Positions 50,554 to 59,934 of a DNA stretch of 64,000 nt are shown in pieces (position 1 is the first letter of the stretch; each line of letters begins with the position of its first letter). The notes below the pieces were generated by a model that saw only the letters and a program-made list of their open reading frames with translations, had not been told where the DNA came from and did not search any database. Position numbers and translations under genes: made by a program. The stretch is from Defluviitaleaceae bacterium (GTDB lineage Bacteria; Bacillota; Clostridia; Lachnospirales; WQUN01), in NCBI GenBank assembly GCA_009788055.1, contig WQSG01000001.1:461-64460 (forward strand). Direction: 5' to 3'.

Positions 50554-53500
50554 ATGCCAAAGGTTCGTGTTCACGAATTAGCCAAAGAACTTAGTGTAGA
50601 TTCAAAAGAAATTATCGGGAAAATGGAGGAGTACGGCAAGTCCGTACCCAATCATATGAGTACTATTGATGATGCCGATGTTTCGCGCTTGAAAAGTGAT
50701 ATGAAAGGTGCGCCCGCCCAAACGGAACAATCCGCGCCGCGCTTAGGCCCCGATGGAAAACCATTGCGCCCGCGCCCCCTCGGGCCGGACGGGAAACCGT
50801 TGCCGCGCTTGGGCCCTGATGGAAAACCATTGCGCCCGCGCCCACTTGGGCCGGACGGCAAACCGTTGCCGCGTTTAGGGCCTGATGGAAAACCATTGCG
50901 CCCGCGCCCCCTTGGGCCGGACGGCAAACCATTGCCGCGCTTAGGACCTGACGGTAAACCATTGCGTCCGCGCCCCCTTGGTCCTGACGGAAAGCCGTTG
51001 CCGCGTTTAGGGCCGGATGGCAAACCCTTGCCGCCGCGCCCGCGTCCGATTGGTGCGGACGGAAAGCCATTGCCGCGCCGTCCGCGCACGGAAGGTGAAG
51101 CAGGTACGGAAACGCCCGTTGCGTCCGCACCTGAAAAAACAGAAAGCCCCGCACAAGTTGCAGAGGTTTCTACTCCTGCACCTTCTGCGGAAAGAGAAAC
51201 TACACCCGCCCCCGCACCGCGCACAGATAATCGCGGGCAAGGCGGTTATTCTCCGCGCCCGCCCCGTGACGGGCAACGCCCCCACGGCGACAGACCGCAA
51301 TATGGCGGCAATCGCCCGCAAGGGCAAGGCGGTTATGGTGGAAATCGTCCGCAAGGGCAAGGCGGTTATGGTGGAAATCGTCCGCAAGGACAAGGTGGTT
51401 ACGGCGGCAACCGTCCGCAAGGGCAAGGTGGTTACGGCGGCAATCGTCCGCAAGGACAGGGCGGTTACGGTGGAAATCGTCCGCAAGGACAGGGCGGAGG
51501 TCAAGGCGGTTACGGAAATCGCCCCGGTGGTTTCGCGCCGCGTCCGGGTGGTGCGCAAGGTGGCGGTGGCAGACCGCAAGGCGGCTTCGGCGGCGGCAGA
51601 CCCCAACCGGGCGGTCGCGACGTAGTCAAAAAGTCCGAACCGACCAAGGACGATAAGCGTCAACAATGGAATCGGATTCAACAAGCAAATTCAATCAGCA
51701 AAAAAGATAAAAAAGATAATTACTCCAAAGAAAACCGCCAAGGCCTAGACCGCGGCGGCAGAAGAAGCAAACCCGCAAAGCGTATTATCCAGCCGGTTGT
51801 GCGCCCCGTTGTGACAATGATAACCGTTGCGCCTGAAATTTCCGTTCGCCTTTTGGCAGAAAAACTTTTGCGCTCCAACGCCGATGTTATCAAGGTTCTT
51901 ATGAAAAACGGCTTGATGGTAACAGCGAACCAAACCGTTGATTTTGAAACGGCATCCATGGTTGCAGAGTCATTCGGCGTTTTGGTTGACGAGTACGTTG
52001 AAGTGGACGTTTTCGAGGAAGCGTTTTCGCAAGAACCCGATGACGAAGCGTCCCTTAAACCGCGCCCGCCCGTTGTTGTTGTTATGGGTCACGTTGACCA
52101 TGGTAAAACATCTTTGCTGGACGTTATCAGAAACGCAAATGTGCAGGAAACGGAATCAGGCGGCATTACACAGCATATCGGTGCGTATTCCGTGCGCTTG
52201 CGCGAAAACGAAAACAAGCGCGTTACATTCCTTGATACACCCGGCCATGAAGCGTTTACGGCAATGCGTATGCGCGGCGCGCAAGTAACCGATATCGCGG
52301 TACTTGTTGTAGCCGCAAATGACGGCGTTATGCCGCAAACGGTTGAAGCAATCAACCACGCCAAAGCGGCGGGGATTGAAATTATCGTTGCAATTACAAT
52401 GATGGATAAACCTGATGCAAACCCCGATAAAGTTAAGGCGCAGCTTGCGGAACACGGCTTGCAGTCCGAGGACTGGGGCGGAAGCACAATTACCGTAGAG
52501 GTTTCTGCGCGGCAGAAAACGGGTATCGAACAGCTCTTGGAAATGATTTTGTTGGTTGCGGAAATGAAAGAACTTCGTGCCAACCCCGACAAGCCCGCTC
52601 GCGGAAGCATCATAGAAGCGAAACTGGACAAAGGCCGCGGGCCTGTTGCAACCGTTTTGGTGCAAGAAGGTACGCTTAGAATCGGCGACCCTGTTGTTGC
52701 AGGGGCGGCAAGCGGCAGAGTTCGCGCCATGGTTGACTATCGCGGACGCAGTAAAACCGAAGTTGGGCCTTCCATGCCCGTGGAGATTATCGGTTTGGCA
52801 GACGTTCCCGTTACGGGCGATATCCTATATGCCGCAACCTCCGACAAGCAAGCGCGGCAACTTTCCGAAACCGTTATTGCAAAAGGTCGCGAAGATATGG
52901 TTAAAGCCACGCAGGGCAAAATTTCGCTGGACGATTTGTTCAATCAAATTCAGGCGGGGCAAGTGAAAGACCTTAATATCGTTGTGAAAGCAGACGTTCA
53001 AGGCTCTGTTGAAGCTTTGCGCGGCAGTCTTGAAAAACTCACTAACGAGGAAGTTCGCGTTCGCATAATTCACACAGGCGTTGGCGCAATCACGGAAAGC
53101 GATGTTATGCTGGCTTCCGCGTCCAACGCAATAATCCTCGGCTTTAACGTGCGCCCCGAACCCGTTGCGAAATCCGTTGCCGAAACCGAAAACGTTGACG
53201 TTAGAATGTACAGCGTAATCTACTCCGCAATCGACGACATAGAAGCCGCCATGAAGGGTATGTTAGACCCCGAATTTATAGAGAAAAATATCGGTAATGC
53301 CGAAATCCGCGAGATTTTCAAAGCCAGCGGAATAGGGACAATCGCAGGTTGCTACGTCACAGACGGCAAGGTTACACGCAACGCCCAAGTGCGCATAGTA
53401 CGTGACGGCCGTGTAATCTACGACGGCCATTTGGACACCCTTCGCCGCTTCAAAGACGACGTGAAAGAAGTTGCCACAGGCTACGAATGCGGTATGCTTT

Positions 53501-53571
53501 TCAAAAACTACAACGACATCAAAGATGGCGACAAGGTAGAGGCGTATATCATGGAGGAAATTCCGAGATAA
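50554..53571 (+). CDS. infB: translation initiation factor IF-2 with expanded repetitive N-terminal region
   Basis: G-domain [25 protein letters not shown] and the C-terminal domains are conserved. The N-terminal 400 aa carry two tandem repeat arrays. Confidence 0.95.
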   Translation: MPKVRVHELAKELSVDSKEIIGKMEEYGKSVPNHMSTIDDADVSRLKSDMKGAPAQTEQSAPRLGPDGKPLRPRPLGPDGKPLPRLGPDGKPLRPRPLGPDGKPLPRLGPDGKPLRPRPLGPDGKPLPRLGPDGKPLRPRPLGPDGKPLPRLGPDGKPLPPRPRPIGADGKPLPRRPRTEGEAGTETPVASAPEKTESPAQVAEVSTPAPSAERETTPAPAPRTDNRGQGGYSPRPPRDGQRPHGDRPQYGGNRPQGQGGYGGNRPQGQGGYGGNRPQGQGGYGGNRPQGQGGYGGNRPQGQGGYGGNRPQGQGGGQGGYGNRPGGFAPRPGGAQGGGGRPQGGFGGGRPQPGGRDVVKKSEPTKDDKRQQWNRIQQANSISKKDKKDNYSKENRQGLDRGGRRSKPAKRIIQPVVRPVVTMITVAPEISVRLLAEKLLRSNADVIKVLMKNGLMVTANQTVDFETASMVAESFGVLVDEYVEVDVFEEAFSQEPDDEASLKPRPPVVVVMGHVDHGKTSLLDVIRNANVQETESGGITQHIGAYSVRLRENENKRVTFLDTPGHEAFTAMRMRGAQVTDIAVLVVAANDGVMPQTVEAINHAKAAGIEIIVAITMMDKPDANPDKVKAQLAEHGLQSEDWGGSTITVEVSARQKTGIEQLLEMILLVAEMKELRANPDKPARGSIIEAKLDKGRGPVATVLVQEGTLRIGDPVVAGAASGRVRAMVDYRGRSKTEVGPSMPVEIIGLADVPVTGDILYAATSDKQARQLSETVIAKGREDMVKATQGKISLDDLFNQIQAGQVKDLNIVVKADVQGSVEALRGSLEKLTNEEVRVRIIHTGVGAITESDVMLASASNAIILGFNVRPEPVAKSVAETENVDVRMYSVIYSAIDDIEAAMKGMLDPEFIEKNIGNAEIREIFKASGIGTIAGCYVTDGKVTRNAQVRIVRDGRVIYDGHLDTLRRFKDDVKEVATGYECGMLFKNYNDIKDGDKVEAYIMEEIPR
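50737..51085 (+). repeat. 66-bp (22-aa) tandem coding repeat in infB, about 5 copies
   Basis: [22 protein letters not shown] is repeated. The units differ mostly at synonymous positions (e.g. TTAGGCCCCGAT / TTGGGCCCTGAT / TTAGGGCCTGAT). Confidence 0.9.
51304..51501 (+). repeat. 33-bp (11-aa) tandem coding repeat in infB, 6 copies
   Basis: [11 protein letters not shown] x6 with synonymous variation (AATCGC/AATCGT/AACCGT). Confidence 0.9.
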
Positions 53572-53572
53572 T

Positions 53573-53766
53573 AAAAGAAAAACCTCGGGGCTCTGCCCCG
53601 AACCCCGGAAACTTTTGAAAAAGTTTCATCAAAACTTTAACATAAAACCGCGCCTATGCGCGGTTTTAAATTACGACAGAGTTTATCGCTAGTCCATGTC
53701 AAAGTTTGGGTCAAGCCTTTTTAAAGGCTTGCGGGGTTTGGGGCAGAGCCCCAAGGTCTTTCTTTT
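53573..53766. repeat. MITE-like structured repeat, complete copy E3 (194 bp)
   Basis: 34-nt terminal inverted repeats with 31/34 match (53573-53606 vs 53733-53766), an internal AAAACCGCGC-ctat-GCGCGGTTTT hairpin, and two further palindromes. Confidence 0.9.
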
Positions 53767-53787
53767 AGACAGAAAAGGAGAAAACGT

Positions 53788-54129
53788 ATGAAAACCCGAA
53801 TGATACGAATTAATGACGAGATTGCCCGCGTTACTGCGGATGTGATTAGGTCGGAGTTGTCTGACCCGCGTATTGGTGCGGTGGTTAGTGTTATAGGGGC
53901 GGAGACTACGCAGGATTTGAAATATTGCAAGATTCGTGTAAGCATTTTCGGGGGGGAAGAGGAGCAAAAGGAGACGATGGCAGGGCTGGGACGTGCGGCG
54001 GGTTTTATTCGCAAGCGGGTTGCGTCGGTTATTAATTTGCGGCAGACGCCTGAGATTTCGTTTGTGTATGACGACTCTATCGAGCATGGAATGCGAATGC
54101 GCAAATTGATTGACGAGGTAAATAAGTAG
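53788..54129 (+). CDS. rbfA: ribosome-binding factor A
   Basis: RINDEIARVTADVIRSELSDPRIG..ISFVYDDSIEHG, 113 aa, downstream of infB. Confidence 0.9.
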   Translation: MKTRMIRINDEIARVTADVIRSELSDPRIGAVVSVIGAETTQDLKYCKIRVSIFGGEEEQKETMAGLGRAAGFIRKRVASVINLRQTPEISFVYDDSIEHGMRMRKLIDEVNK

Positions 54130-54698
54130 TGGACGTGCGGAAGGCACGTGCGGGCGAAGAGGGCAAGATTTCGAGAGCAATTGCGGACAGCTTCGCGAAA
54201 ATTTTTGCTACGTTCACAAAGGACATGGGGCGAATGGCAAAGGTTTTTGAGAATGGCGTTGCCATTGAGCGTTTTTGCGTGGCAGAGCAAGACGGCGAAC
54301 TGATTGGCATTGTTGCTTGCGGTTGCCGTGCGGGTCGTGTTTTGAAATCCACCAAAGAGGAATGCGTGGCGAATTTGGGTGCTGTTCGCGGACGGATTGC
54401 GTTCCGCGTAATCCGTTCGGAGCTTATGCGTCCGCACGAATATCCCGCAAACGTCGGCTATATCGACGTGCTTGGCGTTTTGCCGCAGGCACGCGGAAAA
54501 GGCGTTGCAAAGGAACTTCTCAACGCCGTTGTTCAAAATTTTCCGCAATATACGGAGTTTATTCTTGATGTGGACAGCGCGAACGCCCCCGCAATTAAAA
54601 GCTATACGGATTTTGGATTTGTGGAATACAAGCGCGTTAATACGTTGCCGTTTATAAACAGGGGTAAAATTTTTATGCGGTACACGACTATATCCTAG
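54129..54698 (+). CDS. GNAT-family N-acetyltransferase
   Basis: GTG start overlapping the rbfA stop. Acetyl-CoA motif [15 protein letters not shown] and YTDFGF. Confidence 0.7.
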   Translation: MDVRKARAGEEGKISRAIADSFAKIFATFTKDMGRMAKVFENGVAIERFCVAEQDGELIGIVACGCRAGRVLKSTKEECVANLGAVRGRIAFRVIRSELMRPHEYPANVGYIDVLGVLPQARGKGVAKELLNAVVQNFPQYTEFILDVDSANAPAIKSYTDFGFVEYKRVNTLPFINRGKIFMRYTTIS

Positions 54699-56071
54699 AA
54701 CGACATCTGCCCAATCGTACGCGGATATGGGATAACGTCGCGGATGTTTTTCATGCCGGTGAGGTACATGAGGAGACGCTCGAAGCCGAGGCCGAAACCG
54801 GCGTGTTTTACGCCGCCCAATCGGCGAAGGTCAAGATACCAGTCGTAATCTTCGGGAACAAGCCCGAATTTTTTTATGCTCTCTTCAAGGATGTCAACGC
54901 GCTCTTCGCGCTGGCTTCCGCCTATTAATTCGCCGACGCCGGGGACTAGAAGGTCTGCGGCGGCAACGGTTTTTCTGTCGTCGTTTACGCGCATATAGAA
55001 CGCCTTTATTTCGCGGGGGTAGTCTGTGATGTAAACAGGGCCTTTGTAGACTTCTTCGCAAAGATAACGCTCGTGTTCGGTTTGCAAATCCGCGCCCCAC
55101 TTTACGGGGTACTCGAATTTTTTGTTGGATTTTTGAAGTGTCTCAACGGCTTCCGTGTACGAGCAACGCGCAAAGGCGGCGTCAACCAAGGCGGAAAGGC
55201 GGGCGGTTAGGCCTTTTTCAATCCACTGGTCGAAGAATTCCATTTCCTCGGGCGCGTTTTCCAAAACATATTTGATTATGAATTTTAACATTGCTTCGCC
55301 TGTTTCAAGATAGTTGTCAAGGTCTGCGAATGCCATTTCAGGCTCAATCATCCAAAATTCTGCGGCGTGGGTTGTGGTGGTGGAAGGCTCGGAGCGGAAC
55401 GTGGGTCCGAAGGTGTACACATCGCGCAGTGCAAGACAAAACGGCTCTACGGCAAGCTGACCGCTTACGGTAAGATGCGCCTGTTTTCCGAAAAAGTCTT
55501 TGGAAAAATCGCCCTCACCAGTCGGCAGAGTTGTAACGCGGAACATTTCGCCCGCGCCTTCGCAGTCACTGCCTGTTATAATTGGTGTGTGAACATAAAC
55601 GAAATTTCGTTGCTTGAAAAATTCATGAACCGCGTGCGCCGCAACCGAACGTACTCTGAAAACAGCCGCAAAAGTATTAGTGCGCGGACGCAAGTGCGAA
55701 ATTGTGCGCAAAAATTCAAAGCCGTGGCGTTTCTTTTGCAAAACATAATCCGTGGGGCAAGAACCTTCCAAAGTAACGGAAGAAGCCTTGATTTCAAACG
55801 GTTGTTTCGCGCCCGGGCTTTCCACCACTTCGCCAACCACCGTAACGCAAGAACCAACGCCAAGCTTAACCGCTTCATCAAATGAAAGCGAATTGCCCGC
55901 AAGCGTTCCTTCTAAAATAATCTGCACAGGCTTAAAAAAACTGCCATCATTTAATTCGATAAAACACAAATTACCATTGTTGCGCGAGGTGCGAACCCAG
56001 CCGCCAACCGTAACCGTTTTTTTCATAAACTCCGAAGTGTTCCGATACAAGTCTTTTAAACGTGTGTACAT
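54695..56071 (-). CDS. asnS: asparagine--tRNA ligase
   Basis: N-terminal OB fold ([25 protein letters not shown]), class II motifs ([15 protein letters not shown]), and C-terminal [10 protein letters not shown]. Confidence 0.9.
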   Translation of the reverse strand: MYTRLKDLYRNTSEFMKKTVTVGGWVRTSRNNGNLCFIELNDGSFFKPVQIILEGTLAGNSLSFDEAVKLGVGSCVTVVGEVVESPGAKQPFEIKASSVTLEGSCPTDYVLQKKRHGFEFLRTISHLRPRTNTFAAVFRVRSVAAHAVHEFFKQRNFVYVHTPIITGSDCEGAGEMFRVTTLPTGEGDFSKDFFGKQAHLTVSGQLAVEPFCLALRDVYTFGPTFRSEPSTTTTHAAEFWMIEPEMAFADLDNYLETGEAMLKFIIKYVLENAPEEMEFFDQWIEKGLTARLSALVDAAFARCSYTEAVETLQKSNKKFEYPVKWGADLQTEHERYLCEEVYKGPVYITDYPREIKAFYMRVNDDRKTVAAADLLVPGVGELIGGSQREERVDILEESIKKFGLVPEDYDWYLDLRRLGGVKHAGFGLGFERLLMYLTGMKNIRDVIPYPRTIGQMSF

Positions 56072-56173
56072 TATATTTCCGCCTTCTAAGAAAAATTCCT
56101 TCTACATGGAACTGTAAACCATAAATATTGGTAATGTCAAGCCGTGTCGTGCGTAAATTGGGCAAAAAAACAT

Positions 56174-56202
56174 TTGACAAACTCTAGGAAATGTTCTAAG
56201 AT
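56174..56202 (+). promoter_or_regulatory. sigma-A promoter for rpmG-secE-nusG
   Basis: TTGACA at 56174-56179, a 17-nt spacer, and TAAGAT at 56197-56202. Confidence 0.5.
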
Positions 56203-56280
56203 GATTTGTGAACACTGGGCGGCGGTGTTTTTTTAATGTTGTAAATCAAATGCATAGGCAAAGGAAGCGAGGAGTTCAAG

Positions 56281-56430
56281 ATGCGTACAAAAATTACCTT
56301 GGCGTGTACGGAATGTAAACAACGCAACTACAATACGATGAAGGAAAAAAAGAACAATCCCGACCGCATGGAAACAAAAAAATACTGCAAATTCTGCAAC
56401 AAGCACACATCTCACCGTGAAACGAAATAG
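56281..56430 (+). CDS. rpmG: 50S ribosomal protein L33
   Basis: Hand-translated 49 aa: [49 protein letters not shown], with a zinc ribbon CxxC..CxxC. GAGGAG RBS. It is below the ORF-track size cutoff. Confidence 0.9.
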   Translation: MRTKITLACTECKQRNYNTMKEKKNNPDRMETKKYCKFCNKHTSHRETK

Positions 56431-56451
56431 TCTAATTTGAGGTGACTTTTT

Positions 56452-56685
56452 ATGAACGATGATAAGAAAAAAGACAAATCCGTGAACGAAACAGGCGTAG
56501 TGAAAGGCACGTACCAAACCTACCGCGCAGAGTTTCGTAAAATAGTGTGGCCTTCTAAGGAAACGCTTTTTAAACACACCGTTACGGTAATTGCCGTATC
56601 TTTGATGTTTGGTGCGTACATCGCGCTTAATGACTATATTTTCAGCACTGTATTCCAGCAATTTGTGCAACGTGTTGTAATGTAA
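56452..56685 (+). CDS. secE: preprotein translocase subunit SecE
   Basis: YRAEFRKIVWPSKETLFKHTVTVIAVSLMFGAYI, 77 aa, between rpmG and nusG. Confidence 0.85.
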   Translation: MNDDKKKDKSVNETGVVKGTYQTYRAEFRKIVWPSKETLFKHTVTVIAVSLMFGAYIALNDYIFSTVFQQFVQRVVM

Positions 56686-56694
56686 GGAGATACT

Positions 56695-57216
56695 ATGGCG
56701 GAAGAATCCAAATGGTATGTTGTTCATACCTACTCGGGGTATGAAAACAAGGTAAAGGCAAATATCGAAAAAATAGTTGAGAACCGCGGTATGCACGACC
56801 TTTTCGACAACATTGTTGTTCCCATACAGGAAACAATTGAGATGAAAAACAATGTGAAAAAGTCGGTACAGCGCAAAATTTACCCCGGCTACGTGCTTCT
56901 CAAAATGGTTATGACAGACGAAACATGGTACGTTGTGCGGAACACACGCGGTGTAACAAGCTTTGTAGGCCCTGCGTCTAAGCCCGTGCCGCTTACAGAC
57001 GAAGAAATTATCACGATGGGAATAGAAGTCCCCGACTTTGAACTTGACTTGGAACTCAACGAAGCGGTGCGCATTATAACAGGGCCGTTTGAAGGTTCTA
57101 TAGGCAACGTAAAGGACATCAACCATCAGAAGAAAACCGTTTCCGTTACCCTCAGCGTTTTTGGGCGGGAAACACAGGTTGAAGTTGATTATCACGTTCT
57201 GCAAAGAATGTTGTAA
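56695..57216 (+). CDS. nusG: transcription termination/antitermination factor NusG
   Basis: WYVVHTYSGYENKV, PGYVLLKM, and KOW motif GPFEGSIGNVKDIN. Confidence 0.95.
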   Translation: MAEESKWYVVHTYSGYENKVKANIEKIVENRGMHDLFDNIVVPIQETIEMKNNVKKSVQRKIYPGYVLLKMVMTDETWYVVRNTRGVTSFVGPASKPVPLTDEEIITMGIEVPDFELDLELNEAVRIITGPFEGSIGNVKDINHQKKTVSVTLSVFGRETQVEVDYHVLQRML

Positions 57217-57227
57217 TAAATAATGTG

Positions 57228-57312
57228 GCAGGACGATAATCTTGCTGTATCGTATCCGGCTTCGAGACGAATACCGAAGCTTTGGATATAGATAAGCGGA
57301 TACGCCGTCCGC
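57228..57312 (+). promoter_or_regulatory. nested-helix leader upstream of rplK (possible L1/L11-operon autoregulatory element)
   Basis: Three coaxial pairings: GGACG 57231-35 with CGTCC 57306-10; CGTATCCG 57251-58 with CGGATACG 57297-304; GCTTCG 57259-64 with CGAAGC 57275-80. Confidence 0.35.
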
Positions 57313-57336
57313 AAGGACCACAAGGAGGAAATGTAA

Positions 57337-57765
57337 ATGGCAAAGAAAATTACGGCTTATGTAAAATTGCAAATTGAAGCCGGAAAAGCAACCCCCGCGC
57401 CCCCCGTCGGCCCCGCATTGGGTCAGCACGGTCTAAACATGATGGGCTTTTGTAAGGAGTTTAACGAGCGCACAAAAAACGACGCAGGCATGATAATTCC
57501 TGTAGTTGTTACCGTTTACGCGGATAAAAGTTTCTCGTTTATCACCAAAACACCGCCCGCCGCCGTTCTTATTAAAAAGGCTTGCAAAATTGACAAAGCC
57601 AGCGGCACACCAAACGCGAAGGAAAAAGTTGCGACAATTTCCAAGGCAGATGTGCAAAAAATCGCCGAACTTAAAATGGTAGACCTTAACGCCGCAAGCA
57701 TTGAAACGGCAATGAGCATGATATCCGGCACAGCCCGCAGTATGGGCATTGTCGTAGGAAGTTAA
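57337..57765 (+). CDS. rplK: 50S ribosomal protein L11
   Basis: [25 protein letters not shown]. Confidence 0.95.
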   Translation: MAKKITAYVKLQIEAGKATPAPPVGPALGQHGLNMMGFCKEFNERTKNDAGMIIPVVVTVYADKSFSFITKTPPAAVLIKKACKIDKASGTPNAKEKVATISKADVQKIAELKMVDLNAASIETAMSMISGTARSMGIVVGS

Positions 57766-57779
57766 GGGAGGCGAAAAAT

Positions 57780-58472
57780 ATGAAACGTGGTAAAAAATAT
57801 ACGGCTGCCGCAAAACTTGTAGAGGCAGATAAATTATACGAAGTAAAAGAAGCGGTTGAACTTGTGCAAAAAACCAGCATAACAAAATTTGATTCTATGG
57901 TGGAAGCGCATATTCGATTGGGTGTAGACTCTCGCCACGCAGACCAGCAAGTTCGCGGCGCGGTAGTTCTGCCGCACGGAACAGGCCGCACGGTGCGTGT
58001 TCTCGTATTCGCGAAAGGCGAAAAAGCAACCGAAGCAGAAGCCGCCGGCGCAGACTTTGTTGGCGCAGACGAATTAGCCACAAAAATCCAAACAGAAAAC
58101 TGGTTCGACTTTGACGTTGTTGTTGCTACCCCCGACATGATGGCAGTCGTTGGTAAAATCGGGCGCGTCTTGGGGCCCAAAGGTCTTATGCCAAACCCCA
58201 AAGCAGGCACAGTTACCGCAGACGTAACCAAAGCCATAAACGACATCAAAGCAGGTAAAATCGAATACCGCTTGGATAAAACAAACATCATTCACGTACC
58301 CATCGGCAAAGTTTCCTTCGGCACAGAAAAGCTTGGCGAAAACTTCAAAACCCTCATGGACGCTGTAATCAAAGCAAAGCCCTCTGCCGCAAAAGGAACG
58401 TACCTCAAATCCGTTACCCTTGCAAGCACCATGGGTCCGGGTATCAGAATCAATCCGTTGCGTATTGAGTAG
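57780..58472 (+). CDS. rplA: 50S ribosomal protein L1
   Basis: [26 protein letters not shown] and [14 protein letters not shown]. Confidence 0.95.
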   Translation: MKRGKKYTAAAKLVEADKLYEVKEAVELVQKTSITKFDSMVEAHIRLGVDSRHADQQVRGAVVLPHGTGRTVRVLVFAKGEKATEAEAAGADFVGADELATKIQTENWFDFDVVVATPDMMAVVGKIGRVLGPKGLMPNPKAGTVTADVTKAINDIKAGKIEYRLDKTNIIHVPIGKVSFGTEKLGENFKTLMDAVIKAKPSAAKGTYLKSVTLASTMGPGIRINPLRIE

Positions 58473-58680
58473 GAAAGACCGCGGGGCAATGAAGTGAGCG
58501 AAGCGAACGGCACCTCCCCCACACCCCTGCAAACTTTTTGAAAAAAGTTTGAACAAAAACTTTAAAATGGACTAGCGATGAGCAATCATTGCAATTAAAA
58601 AAATCGCGCATTTGCGCGATTTTTGTTAAAGTTTGGGTTAAGCCTGTTGGGGGACGGAGTCCCCAAGGTCTTTTTCTTTT
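58473..58680. repeat. MITE-like structured repeat, copy E4 (208 bp)
   Basis: It starts directly after the rplA stop. The left arm is degenerate (GACCGCGGGG..36 nt..CCCCC). The body is CAAACTTTTTGAAAAAAGTTTG, AAAAAAATCGCGCatttGCGCGATTTTT, and the right arm GGGGGACGGAGTCCCCAAGGTCT. Confidence 0.85.
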
Positions 58681-58696
58681 AGAAGGAGAAAAAATT

Positions 58697-59773
58697 ATGA
58701 AAATGACATTCAGATGGTTTGGCGAGGGGCAGGACACAATCACGTTGCAGGAAATTAGGCAGATACCCATGATGACGGGGGTTGTTACAAGTCTGTTGGA
58801 TATTCCTGCGGGGGAAGCGTGGCAGGAAGAGCGTATTCGTGCCATGAAAGAAACGGTAAGCGGCGCGGGTCTGGATGTCGAAGTTATCGAGAGCGTGAAC
58901 ATTCACGAGGACATAAAACTTGGGCTTCCTTCGCGTGACGAGAAAATTGAAAATTATATCTTAACAATGGAACGGCTTGCAAAGTACGGCATAAAATGCA
59001 TTTGCTATAACATGATGCCCGTTTTGGACTGGGCGCGAAGTCACCTTTATTACAATTTGCCCGATGGCTCTAACACAATGCGATATGAAGCGGCGTTTAT
59101 TAAAAATTTATCGCCGGAAGAACTTGCGGCGCGTTACGCGGCGGAATCGGGCGAATACGAATTGCCGGGCTGGGAACCTGAACGCTTAAAAAACATCCGC
59201 AAATTATTGGACGCCTATGAGGGCATGAAAGAAGAAACTTTTTATGCCAACATGAAATATTTTTTAGACGCGATAATTCCTCACGCAGAGCGGCTTAATA
59301 TCCTGATGGCGGTACACCCCGATGACCCGCCGCAACCCATTTTCGGCTTGCCAAAATTAATCATAAGCCGCGATAATGTCCGCAAGTATCTGGATTTGCA
59401 CCCCAGCAAATTTAACGGGCTTACCCTTTGCACAGGCTCACTCGGCGCGAAAAAGGGCGCGGACATCCCCGCCATGATTCGGGAATTTGGCGGCGAGGGG
59501 CGCATTCATTTCGCCCATGTGCGCAATCTGAAATTTGAAAACGAAACCGACTTCTACGAATCCGCACACCCGACCCCTTGCGGCTCGCTGGATATGTTCG
59601 CCATAATGAAAGCCTTTCACGATACAAATTTTCGCGGCTGGATTCGCCCCGACCACGGCCGTATGATTTGGAACGAAGAAAAACAAAAACGCCGCCCCGG
59701 CTACGGCCTATACGACCGCGCTTTAGGGGCGACATATTTACAGGGGATATGGGAAGCGTTGGGGCGAGGGTGA
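58697..59773 (+). CDS. uxuA: mannonate dehydratase
   Basis: MKMTFRWFGEGQDTITLQEIRQIP..VIESVNIHEDIKLGLPSRDE..ICYNMMPVLDWAR is a typical UxuA sequence. ATG at 58697 after AAGGAGA. The upstream part of the ORF-track entry is repeat-derived. Confidence 0.9.
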   Translation: MKMTFRWFGEGQDTITLQEIRQIPMMTGVVTSLLDIPAGEAWQEERIRAMKETVSGAGLDVEVIESVNIHEDIKLGLPSRDEKIENYILTMERLAKYGIKCICYNMMPVLDWARSHLYYNLPDGSNTMRYEAAFIKNLSPEELAARYAAESGEYELPGWEPERLKNIRKLLDAYEGMKEETFYANMKYFLDAIIPHAERLNILMAVHPDDPPQPIFGLPKLIISRDNVRKYLDLHPSKFNGLTLCTGSLGAKKGADIPAMIREFGGEGRIHFAHVRNLKFENETDFYESAHPTPCGSLDMFAIMKAFHDTNFRGWIRPDHGRMIWNEEKQKRRPGYGLYDRALGATYLQGIWEALGRG

Positions 59774-59780
59774 TTTTCTC

Positions 59781-59934
59781 GAAAAGACCTCGGAGGACTC
59801 CGTCCCCCGAACCCCCTGCAAGGGGATAAATCCCCTTGACCCCTAACTAAAAACCGCGCATTCGCGCGGTTTTTGAAATTGCGATGTTGCTTATCGCCAG
59901 TCAAAATTTAAAGTTTTTGTTCAAACTTTTTTAA
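59781..59934. repeat. MITE-like structured repeat, copy E5 (right arm missing)
   Basis: GAAAAGACCTCGGAGGACTCCGTCCCCCGAACCCC + CAAGGGGAT-aa-ATCCCCTTG + AAAAACCGCGCattcGCGCGGTTTTT + TTTAAAGTTTTTGTTCAAACTTTTTT. It ends at the RNase J stop codon. Confidence 0.85.

Noticed and set aside
50652-51684. Several 160-225-aa ORFs on both strands within the infB repeat region.
   Set aside because: Tandem repeats lacking stop codons keep other frames open. Only the IF-2 frame continues into conserved G-domain sequence.
53689-54548. 163-aa and 275-aa minus-strand ORFs across repeat E3, rbfA and the GNAT gene.
   Set aside because: They are antisense to well-supported genes and partly made of repeat sequence. 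The same repeat-derived peptide fragments also appear at other copies.
56203-56232. Short ACAC..GTGT hairpin plus T-tract between the rpmG promoter and rpmG, considered as an attenuator.
   Set aside because: The stem is only 4 bp with a 9-nt loop, which is too weak to call.
56233-57429. 398-aa minus-strand ORF spanning rpmG, secE, nusG and the rplK start.
   Set aside because: It overlaps four universally conserved plus-strand genes, so it is a chance open frame.
17574-59934. Whether the recurring GGGG..CCCC hairpin elements are a CRISPR array.
   Set aside because: Copies are tens of kb apart, not regularly spaced, and 160-210 bp long with terminal inverted repeats. No cas genes are present.
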